NCBI GenBank assembly: GCA_051362555.1
Contig: CM120641.1
Location: 44,460,401 to 44,524,400 of the forward strand
DNA from: Lingula anatina
Lineage: Eukaryota; Animalia; Brachiopoda
DNA length: 64,000 nt
Direction: 5' to 3'
The notes under the pieces are model-generated. The model was not told the DNA's origin, made no database searches, and worked only from the letters and a program-made list of their open reading frames with translations. Positions 13,601 through 25,678 of this stretch are shown in pieces (position 1 is the first letter of the stretch; each line of letters starts with the position of its first letter). A program made the position numbers and the translations under genes.

Positions 13601-16600
13601 TCTATTACTTCTATGCCTTTTACATCATTTACCAGGTGGGCTCGCCTACGTGACATAGTGGATGCTAAGAGAGAGGAGCTCAATACCTCACATGGCATAC
13701 AGACATTCAAGATTGAAATTGTTGAAACTATTGTAAGTGTAATTGTCCACATTACCAATTTAGTGGTACTTTGCGCAAGCAGTTCTTGTCTAATTTTATA
13801 AATACTGCTTACTTCCAGATGTTATGTATATTCTTGTTTGAAGTACATTACGTGTCATATATCGATATTTTTTGATTGTGGCTTTTTAAAAATATATAAT
13901 TATATGTTATTGAATTGTGTTAAAATATTTGTGTGTGTGTGCAAGGACGTTTGTGTCTGTGTATGTGTGATTAGTTAAAGTACATCATATAGTATCAGAC
14001 TTGTGAATATTGCAGTGTATGTAAGTCTGAAGTAGTTTAAAGGTGCAGTACATGTCAAGAAGTGCCTGACTTGTTCTGTTCTCTTCCTGTAGTCTTGGAT
14101 TCGTGACAAGGCCAAGCTGATTGAGTCCACAGATGAACTGGGCAATGACCTGGCTGGAGTGATGGCCTTACAGAGGAGACTCAGTGGCATGGAGAGAGAC
14201 CTGGCAGCCATACAAGCAAAGGTATAGCACACACACTTGGGTATTCTAAATTCTATATAAAACTTTTTTGCAGTTATTTTACATACATAAAGATATATTG
14301 TACTTAAAATTATGTTGACACTGAATTGTGATCTTTGAATTATTCATATACCACGTTTTTATTGTATTTTAGAGAAATTTAACATCATCTGGTGATCAGA
14401 ATTTCTTTTACATGTTGATATATTGTTTATGAAATTCTATAGACATAAAATTGTGATCTCTGAATTATTCATTTCTTATGTTATTTAACATAGAAGCTTG
14501 CAGTACACATCTTTAGAAACATATCTTTTTTTAAGAACAAATATTTATCTTCCAAATGTTGCAACTGTTTCCTAAAAATGTGTTTTGTACTACTATTACG
14601 AATAACAAAAAAGTTTATAGTTGATTCAGATATGTCAATTTTATATTGAACCTTATATTGAACCTTGCAGCTTGATTCCTTGCAAACTGAGGCTGAGAAG
14701 TTGTGTGAAGAGAAACCAGAGGAGGCAGATGAAATTAAAGAGAAGCTGGGACAGATTCAGGATGTCTGGCAGGAGCTTAAGATTATGGTGAGAGATAGCT
14801 GTAGGGTTAAAATTCTTAATGTTCCTTATGTATAATTCAAACAGTTGCAATGTTAGAATCTGTATAAAGGAAATATTTTATGTCATTGAAATGGATTATT
14901 GTATACATTTGTCAGAAGTATAGATACACATAATAACGGCTTACAAGTATTGTTTTTATTTATATATTATATATTGATCTATTGCTTTCAGCTTAAAGAC
15001 CGTGATGAGAAGCTTGGTGAAGCCGGAGAGCTTCAGCGTTTCCTGCAGAACCTTGACCACTTCCAGCAGTGGCTGTCCCACACCCAGGTGACCATCGCCT
15101 CTGAGGACATCCCCAACAGTCTGTCCGAGGCCGAGAAACTTTTGAACCAGCATCAACAGATCAAGGAGGAGATCGACCGCTATGCTCCTGACTATGCCCA
15201 GATGAAGGAGTATGGTGCCAAAGTGTGTGAGGGCCAAACTGATGACCCACAGTATCTGTTCTTAAGAGAGGTAGGACAATGATTAGAGATGCTTTTGTTT
15301 GAGAAGAATGTCAACCAGCATTTAAACCACTATTGCTTTTAAGTGGACTTGAGGATTGTTAGAAGATTGGATTGAAAGTTTTCTGTTATTTCAGCATCAT
15401 TGTAATCACATGGACTTTTTGGTTGTAAGTTCAGAGTTTTCCCTTTTTTTGTCATATTGCTTGTGAAGACATTTGCCTTAAAGTAAATGAATCAGTTGTG
15501 AATAGACAGGTATGTATAAAGACAGAAGCCTGACCTTTCATTGTTTTGTAGCGTCTTAATGCTCTGGATGATGGTTGGGAAGAGCTGCACCAGATGTGGG
15601 AGAACAGACAGAACCTGCTGTCACAGAGCCTCAACCTACAGGTATAGAACTGTGTTCTCTACTGGCACTCAGAGCAGATGCATAATCAATTGTTTCAAGC
15701 TTTGTAACTTTCTTAGTCTGTGAAAGGTGTTTAAGTACCAAAGAATTGAGGGTACAGATATTTGATGCAGTGTACTCTCGGTAATGTCAGTTAGTCTTTT
15801 CTTTACTTGTTGTAAGTTCTTAAATTCAAGTATTTCATTACTTTTATTCAAACATCAACACATCTTAAATGTTATAAGTATAATGTGCATATTTGTTTAC
15901 AAATGTCACTGTTTTAGGTCTTCTTAAGAGACGCCAAACAGGCAGAAGTCCTGCTGAACCAACAAGAAAATTTCTTGTCCAAGGAGGAAGTCCCAGTAAG
16001 TACAATTTTATGGACTTAGAATTTGCACTAGCAGCTATTTAAAAAAGAAAATAGAAAATCACACAGACCAATTCTTTATTTTGTGTGTTACAGCAAACTT
16101 TGCACAAACTTTGCATTGTATTTTGTAGATTTTATTTCATTTCTGAAATATCAGTATTTTTGTACTGCAGATTGAAAGGCTTCGGCTGTTATTGATTGAA
16201 CACATAATTTAAGTTATATTAAGAGTGCATTTGCTTTCTTGCAATGGAAATAGAAATGCAAAAGATTTTCTAACAATGTAAAAAGTTTATAAGAGAAGAG
16301 AATGAAGGAAAATTATATCAAAAATGGATAAAAGAATGAAAACCTGACAATTAAATCCAGATGTCACATTTACCTGAAGTCTGTTTTGGATTTAAGATCT
16401 TTGACAGACTCCTCTATAATAATTATCAAATCTATCAGAGAAATTATGACAAACGAGTGTGTCATTTTTGCCTTGTGTGTTTCTTCTTTCTGTTCACTTC
16501 TCCCTATTTTAATCACACAGACTACAATTGGGACACTTGACAAGCAGGTAATGTTCAAAGGCATTAACCAGGCAATGCCTGCTGCATGTCCACCTTGTGT

Positions 16601-19600
16601 TATCTTGTACCTCTATTTTGTTAGCAGTATTATCATTATCATAGCTTTTTGTTGTGATTTTTTATACAATGCATGATGCCATTGATCTGACCTATAAGAT
16701 GTTGAATTATTAAAAAAAAACTTCATAGTTGCTTCCTGTACCCTTCAAAAAGATCAGACCTGTGCTTTAAGCAACTTAACCAGTGATTGAAATCCTCTTG
16801 TAAATGTATAGGCTTGTTAACTTGCAGTCAAGTACAACCTTCTAGTCACTGAAAATGCAAGTGAAAAACAAGACATGAAGTATCTTTTAAATTTTCAATT
16901 ATTTATTTATCTATTTATAGTCTTTATTAACTCCTAACTATGTGATAAATGTGAACAGATGTTTAAGAATTCAACTGATAATTGATAGTGTATTGGAAGT
17001 CTTAAAATCCTTGATCAGTTGATTGATCCATTGCCTGAATATGGTTGTGTAGTGTTGTTGTAATAACTATCTGTATTATTGTTCAGTGACATTCTAATGT
17101 GAATGGATACCTGTATTAGTGTTATGACAGTTACTGTAACAAAATAGAATGTCTGTGGTTTGGAGTATTATTGTCCTTTTAAAAAATGTTTCATTTCAAC
17201 ATTTACCCTTCTCCCTTGTCACTACATTCTATTTAAAAGGAAAAGAAAAAAGGTCTTACAATTGTGGTTGATATGCATGTCCCCCTTCTCTCCCCTCTTT
17301 AAAGTCATCAAGTAAAAAACCTCTAAAATAACTCTGGCTTTTTTATTTGAGTTTTACACAGTACATGATCATGCGATAGAATTCCCCATATCTGTTGAAA
17401 ACATAAAAATCAGATACCCAATGCTTATAAACAGTGAAGTAGTGCATTCCCTGCTGTAGTGCAATAAGAGTGTTTGGCGTGTGTCAACTCACATATGGCA
17501 TGAATGTTGTGACTTTGCCTGCTTAAGTAGGCAGTTTCCTCATCTTTATTTAGGGATGATTTACTAACCACACAGTTAGAGCACACTTTATTGTACATTT
17601 TAAGAAAAATATGGTTTCAGTTGTTGACAAGGAAAAGATGTTTCACTAGAAGTAGGCTTTTATATCATCATCATAATGCATGTGTTGCATGTTATACAAG
17701 GGAGGGTGGGTGGGTGGGTAAAAAGAACAAAACTTGAAGGAAAGGTCTCGAGGGAGTTTCGAGCAACTAAAATAATTGCAGGACTGGAAATTAGAGCTGA
17801 AGGAAAGGTATCTTCTGCAGTTATGAGTTTTGAGTTTATCTACTTTATTTTTCATTTTAGAAAATCATTGTCATAATAGGTGATAAATAAGGATTATAAA
17901 AACATGTATTTAACAGTTGGGATATACCTGTTTAATTTAGCAGTTGATGAAAGATCCAACAAAATATAATAAAAGGTAGGTATAAGTTTAGATTTTCAAT
18001 GATAAAACTCGACATGAACACATTCAGGCTGCAGTTCATCTTAAAATATATTCTGTGTTGTGATATCGTCTCATTGTTTGACTTCATTTACTCAACTATA
18101 GACATCATTGGAAGCAGCAGAGAACCTGATCAAACAGCATGAAGCCTTCATCACCACCATGGATGCCAATGATGAGAAGATCAACCTGGTCCTGCAGTTT
18201 GCTGAGAGGCTGGTGGATGATGAGAACCACTATGCAGCAGACAAGATATCTAAGAAGGCAGAGAATATTGATGAAAGGTGGGCATCACAGTGTGTGTGCG
18301 TTTGTGTGTGTTTCTTTGTGTGCGCACAGCTGATAATATAACCAAGAGGACAGAGAACACTGATTTGATAGTGGTACTAGGGTGTGTATGAGTGGGTGTT
18401 TGAATGTGAGTTTGTGTGTATGATTGCATTTGTGCTTGTGATAGGCATACTATTGCTGTTTTGTGTGAAATATTGTCGAAGGGGGTTTCATTGATAACAT
18501 TTCTTATTATAAAATCTTTTTACCAGCAATATGTTTTGTCCACTTCAGACGCAATGCCAATCGTCAGCGTGCATATGAAGGTCTGGAGAGACTGAAGGAC
18601 TCACTTCAACTACAGCAGTTCCTGCAGGACTGTGATGAGGTAAGCCACTTCATATCAGTTCTGTGTCCTGGGGCCTGCTGCATTACAGCACTAAAGATTG
18701 AAAGTTGGTCTTATATTTAAGACGTTTTTGATTCTGGATAGTAATGACTCATCTAAAAACCTTACTTTAGTAGTATTTTTTAGTGTTGAAGACTGATACA
18801 GCAACCACCTCTGTTAGGGAGGCAAACCATCTGTGATAAGGAAGTAGTGAACTTAACTGAATCTTACCAGCTGAATAGTATAGTTTTAATGTATATTTGT
18901 TTCAGCTTGGAGAGTGGCTTGAGGAGAAGATGATTGCAGCACAGGATGAGACCTACCGTGATGCCAAGAACATTCACAGCAAATACATGAGGCATCAGGC
19001 CTTTGAAGCAGAGATTGCTGCCAACAAGGATAGGCTTCACAAATTACAACAGGTAGAATACTTCTTCCATTTTCTTTCTGGGCAGCATAACTTTATACTC
19101 CTTTAGTGTGCAGATATGCATGCTTGTTCTGGAGCATTATGTACATACCTTTTGTTACCTGAAATTTATATAATTATAAAATAAAGCAAACATTTAAATG
19201 ACATAAGCCTTAGTAGTTATTATAAGTCTAAAATATATATTAGGGCTATGATTAACTCTGATTTGTCCCTGTTAGGCTGGCGGTGAGCTAATCAGAGACA
19301 AGCCAGACACTGCAGAGCAGATAGAGCCTCGTCTCCAGAGCTTGGCTGCTCAGTGGGAAGAACTGGAGAAGACCACACAGGAGAAAGGAGAGAAACTTTT
19401 CGACGCCAACCGCCAAGTCCTGTATGAACAGAGCTGCGATGATATTGATGGCTACCTCAATACCCTGGAGTCTCAGATCATCACGGCCGATTTCGGGCAA
19501 GATCTAACCACGGTTAACTTGCTGATGCAGAAGCAAAATGTAAGTGACGCTGAACTTATATTGGTAGTTTAGAAATTTAGTGTTCATTGGGATCCAAAGA

Positions 19601-22600
19601 TGTTATAAAATTTATGATCTGCAAGTTGTGAAATGATTTTCAAGGAGTTACTAAAATGCCAGTGCACACATCATTTGTATACACATTATGTACTTCTTAT
19701 CATCTCTTTCTTTCTTAACAGTGTTTGAAAAAGAAAACTTTTCATTGAATGTGATTGATTTCCTTCGAGGTTCCTAAGAAATATGAGAAAAAAGTGTTAA
19801 GCTTATCAGTTTTTTCAATAATTTAATTAAAATAGCGCACCTATAAAGTTTGTTATAAATCTTTACTTTATCAGCTGCTAGAAGGTCAAATGAAAATCAA
19901 GGAAGAACAGATGTCAGAGCTGGACAAACAAGCAGAGATCCTGAGAAGTAAAGATCCAGCAAAAGTGGAAGAGATTGAGATGAAGAAAGCCCTCGTTCAA
20001 GAGCGTTTTGTACAGCTGCAGGCTCCACTGCTGGAGAGGCGATCTCAGCTGGAGAAACAGAAGGCAGTACATCAGTTCCTGCGTGACGTCGAGGACGAAA
20101 TGTTGTGGATAGACGAACGCATGCCACTGGCAACATCAGAAAACTATGGCAACAGCTTGCTCAGTGTACAGACACTGATGAAGAAAAATCAGGTATGAAG
20201 TCATTCTTATATCCATTATGAACAACATTGTTCAAAGTATACTAAATATGAAAAGCGGTAAAAAATAAGAAATGAAAATTTTCTATCAAATGCTATGAAA
20301 TATAATAATGTTGACTGAATAAACTATCATTATAACTATCTAGTACACACTAAGTCTACTGCTACTTCTAATTCTGTCATGTCTACTACTATTTCTACTT
20401 ACAGACTCTGAGATCAGACCTAGAGCGTCATGAGCACACAATCAACGCAGTTTGTGACGCTGGCCAGGAGATGATCAATGAAGGACACCCACAATCAGAA
20501 CTCTTCCAAGAAAAGATTGATATGCTGTTACGACGCTGGGGAGAGCTGAAGGAAGCTGTAGATGAGAGGCAAAACAGGCTACTTCTGTCACAGGTTGCAC
20601 AGCAGGTAGGCTTTTAATGTTATGAATGTCATGACTAGAAAAGGATGGGTATTTTTCTTGGCTTTGTTACAGTATAATGTTGCAAAGATGGGTAAACAAG
20701 ACGCAAAATTTGATGTGTCTATGTTGTAAAACATGTTCTGTGTGACATATTTATGTGGAGATAGTATCTAGTATAGTATCAGTGCAGTGATGAAAAAAAT
20801 TATTTCCTGGAGGACCTCCTCAAATGGGTTTAAGACACAGATTGACTTTTTTGTTGTCTGTGGCCTTTCAGGTACTTTTCACTTTGTATTATACAGCAGT
20901 AATTGTATAAATATACACCTTGTTACAGTTACTGAATGTGAGTATCATTACTTTAAAAGAATGGAGGTTTTTGGTCACTTACACAGCTATGAGCTCACCA
21001 GTCTTCCTATCTATTTACAGTACTACTTCGATGCTGCAGAGGCTGAGGCCTGGATGGGAGAGCAGGAGCTGTACATGATGTCTGAGGACCGTGCCAAGGA
21101 TGAGGTGGGGGCCCAGAACATGATGAAGAAACACCAGCACACTGAGCATGTTGTAGAGGACTATGCTGAGACTGTCAGGCAGCTTGGGGAGAGAGCCAGG
21201 AATCTCATGGATGAGAATCATCCAGAGTGGTACGTACCTACTACATGAGGCATCATGCATATGTTAATAATGATGATAATAATAGACATTAAGATAATGA
21301 AAAAAGAGTAATAAAATATAACAGATAATAGTGACAGTAATTATAATTGTTATCATAATTATGGCATAATTAGTGATATTAATTTCTTGCTATTAGAGCA
21401 TTTGTATTGTATAATATCATTGTACAAAAGAATATTAAAACAATATTGAAAGGTTATAGATGAAGTTATATATAGTTTAAGTGAGGTGGATTTTTAAAGG
21501 TGTGTTCTTGTTGTCTCTGTATAGTGACCAGATAGCCCGCCGCCAGGCCCAGGTGGACAAACTGTATGCTGGACTGAAGGACCTTGCCCAGGAGAGGAGA
21601 GGCAAGCTGGACGAGTGCCTGAAACTGTACATGTTGAATAGAGAAGTAGATGATCTAGAGCAGTGGATAGAGGAGAGGAGAGTGGTCGCTGGGTCGCATG
21701 AACTTGGACAGGATTACGAACACGTCACTGTAAGTGGCTGCCATGGTTTACCAGACATGATTTGTGTTGGATTGGTACAAATTTGCAGTTAAGATATCAG
21801 GATAGAACATGCTTTGGCAAGATAACATACATGTCGCAATAAGCTTCTGGCTGGGTATACTAGGCAGAATGTTTTCATTTGTGTTAAGTGAAAGAGTAGC
21901 TACTGTTTTTCTTTCTACTGCTTTTAATATTAACTGTTTTGATTTCTCCCACATCTTACAGATGTTACGTGACCGGTTCAAGGAGTTTGCCAGAGACACC
22001 CAGAGCATTGGTGAGGAACGCGTGGCCGCAGCCAATGACATGGCAGACAAACTGATAGCCCTTGGCCACTCTGACGCTGCTACAATAGCTGAGTGGAAGG
22101 ATGGCCTGAACGAGGCTTGGGCAGATCTTCTGGAGCTCATTGACACCAGGACACAGATGTTACAGGCTTCTTGGGAGCTGTGGAAGTTCTTCAATGACTG
22201 CAAGGAAACCTTGGAGAGAATCTATGTAAGTGAAGAAATGTTATGAGACATATCAGCTGAAATGATTTATACATTGAAATCTTAATCCAGTTCTGGACTT
22301 CTTTCTGTAAGGTAGATGACTAATTCTATTTGACAGACATTGTAAGTCCAGAAATAAATAACTATAATATTTGCTTTCTCTCCTATATATTCTATATACT
22401 TGTATGCTAGTTTAGATGAGGATTTCCTTAATATACAAATTAACACCAATGATTGCTTGCTGACCAAAATATTTGCCAAGTTACTGGTATTGCAAAGAAC
22501 TTTTGTGGACATAAACTTGTCAAATTACTAGAATTACAAGGGATAGTTGTTGACTTTTATATTTTCCAACCTTTTAGGAGAAACAGAACTCTATCCCAGA

Positions 22601-25600
22601 CGAGTTGGGTCGTGATGCCCAGAGTGTGGCTGCCCTGCAGAGAAAGCATGCCAACTTTGAGCATGACCTCATCACCCTGGGGACACAGGTGCAACAAGTG
22701 CAGGAGGAGGCAGCAAGGCTGTTTGCCGCCTACGCAGGGGACAGGGCCAGAGAGATCCAAGACCGCGAGGCAGAGGTGGTGAACGCCTGGAGGAATCTAC
22801 AGGTGATGGTGGAGGCACGCAAGAATAAGTTGATTGATATCAGTGATCTGTTCCGCTTCTTTAACATGGTCCGCGATCTCATGTTGTGGATGGATGACAT
22901 TAACAGACAGATGAATACACAGGAGAAACCAAGGTATGTTGGGGTTTATAACAGTATTTGGCACAAAATGAATTATAATATATAAGTTAGCAGCAGTTGT
23001 GTAAAGAGTAAAGTTGAGATGGATGAATTGTTTAGAATTAGTTTAAATATAAAGGAAAGTGATTATTATGTTCTTCTTTAAAATTATTGATTGTTTGATT
23101 AAAATCATTATTTATTTAACCCGTAGGGATGTGTCAGGAGTGGAACTGTTGATGAACAATCACCAGAGTCTAAAAGCTGAAGTAGATGCCAGGGATGAGA
23201 ACTTCACCATCTGTGTCAACCTGGGCAAAGATCTGCTGGCCAGGAGACATTTTAGATCAGAAGAGGTAGGAGAAATAGTTTCTTTAATCTCAGTTTAACC
23301 CAATACACATTGACAGCTCTATAATAAAAATGAGAAACTAAACAAAATGAAAAAAAATGTCTAGTTTAGTATGTACAAAAGGTACAAGAACTCGATAAAA
23401 AAACACCTCACTGCTGGGTCGCTTTCAACAACAACACTAAACTTGAACAGAAATCATGAAAAAATTCTTAACAGAGCGAGGGTCGGTTGTTTATTTAGAG
23501 CAGAATTGTTTAGGCATAACTGGACTACTATTGATACACCACACTGCACCTGTGGTGCCCTTGAAACCCCTCTTCACTTTTTCTTCAGATGCCCTTTACT
23601 CAATTCAAAGTACCCTCCCCTTTACCAAAAAATAAATGAAACTCTACATGCAAGCAAGACCTCTTTCAAAACACAAAAAGAAAAGCTGTCGTTATTTCTC
23701 TACGGTCATAAATCCTTATCACCCACCCAAAATGAAATTATCTTCGACACTGTTGCAAATTTTCTTCTCGTAAACTTTGTTATCACTTAATAGGTATTAT
23801 CTCTTTTCCTCTTCTTTCTTTCTGTACTTAACTTGTGCTCCTGATATATATGAAGTTTTACATTTACTCTGTTGTATATATGTATATACCTATCCATTTG
23901 TTTTATTTACTTATTTAATTTAATTTTGTGGAGAGCATATAATGCTTCCAGCGCCTTGCCTCCACTTCATTCTTTTGAATAAACGTTGTTTATGTACAAA
24001 AGGTAGAATGACTTGTTGCCAAAAACAAGATCTTTTGCATATAATACTTTGAAATGACATTAATACTACAGGTAACAATATGATATTCCCATGTTAAGGG
24101 TAACTGCTGATAAAAAATTTAGCATACCTTATTGAGTAAATTTTAGCTATACTTTGTTCACTTCTCTTGGGATTGGAAAAGTATTCTCATTATTTTGCTT
24201 AAATATTAAACCATTTTGTTCTTTTTTTGCAAGGTGCGTGACAAACTTATCCAGCTGACCACACAGAGAGGCATGATGATGGAGAAGTGGGAGGAGAGAT
24301 GGGAATACCTACAACTTAGTAAGTGAATAATTCTACTTGATTATACTCATTTTTATTTCATAGTTAAGACACAAGTAAGCCATTTTCACATGGATATTTT
24401 GCATAATGGATTGTATACAATTTCAATTTCTGGAAAGATTTACATTGTATTTAAACTATTACTTACTGAACTGTGTCCTATTTCAGTCCTTGAGGTGTAC
24501 CAGTTTGCCAGAGATGCTGCTGTGGCTGAGGCCTGGCTTGTTGCTCAAGAGCCATATCTACAGACTACAGACCTTGGTGTAAGTATTTCTCACATACCAT
24601 GTATTTGCAGAGTGCTGCTGAACTGTGGTTACAGGGGAATGAGAAAAACTATTATATTTAAGGGATATACTGCTTTTATTAAAATGTCAGCAACAAATTA
24701 TGAAGATGATGTTGTTCAAATTGTTACTCAGAACAAATGCTGAAGTGATGATAGAAGAAAATACATGTGAATTTTAGAACATAAACTGACCAAATGAAAC
24801 ATTATTCAGAGAACAATGTTCTGAATGGCTGTGTTTCTGTTCCAGAGCACCATAGATGAGGTGGAGAAGTTGATTAAGAAGCACGAAGCCTTTGAGAAAT
24901 CTGCTGCTGCCCAGGAAGATCGCTTCACAGCACTGGAGAGGCTCACAACAGTACGTCTTGTTTGAATTGTGATATTTGTTTTACATTTGAAGTGGAAATT
25001 GCTTTGCTTGTAAATCAGAGAGTGCAGTAGATAAAAAAGGATCATTTTGGTGTGTTTTTGCTTGTCACAGGATGTGCACCTCTGCTTTTTTTTTATTGAT
25101 ACTAGCCATTCTCATGTTGTCAGTCTGCCCCTATCAAGTCTTCAGCACTTGCAATGTTGAGTGTCTTCAGTATGTCTTAATGGCACTTGTTTTCTAGCTC
25201 GAGCGCAGGCAGCTTGAGAAGGAGGAAAGAGCCTCTGTGGAGGATGGCGACCAGTCAGTGTCATTAGAAGAACAACTGAGAGCACAGGCTGCAGCTGAAT
25301 TCACTATCCCTGCAGTCCAGCTCCAAGAACCCTATGAAACCAATCTGGACGAGCCAGATGATGTAATAATCTACTTTCTTTCTAGCTTCAATTGCAGGTG
25401 GCGGGGAGATACTAACCAGCCCACTACCTTAACGTCAATATTATCAATGTCAATCTTAATGATAATCCTTAGCACTAATGGCAGAGGGATTACTCTTATA
25501 TAACACTACTACTACTACTGTCATCAATAGCTGCTTCTAGCCTTTTGTCAATTTCAGAATATTTGCTTTAGTTTCTGTCCAAAAAGTAAGCATTTTAAAA

Positions 25601-25628
25601 ATGTATACCTAAGTTGCTAATGCTGTGT

Positions 25629-25678
<50 letters not shown>

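Noticed and set aside
6399-22760. Many minus-strand ORFs overlapping spectrin exons
   Set aside because: They are antisense shadows of the coding exons with no independent protein features.
23371-23790. 139-aa ORF as a nested host gene
   Set aside because: It is a LINE ORF2 C-terminal fragment and its ATG lies in the target-site duplication.
25386-25397. 12-nt AG...GT microexon after exon A
   Set aside because: The upstream intron would be only about 22 nt, too short to splice.
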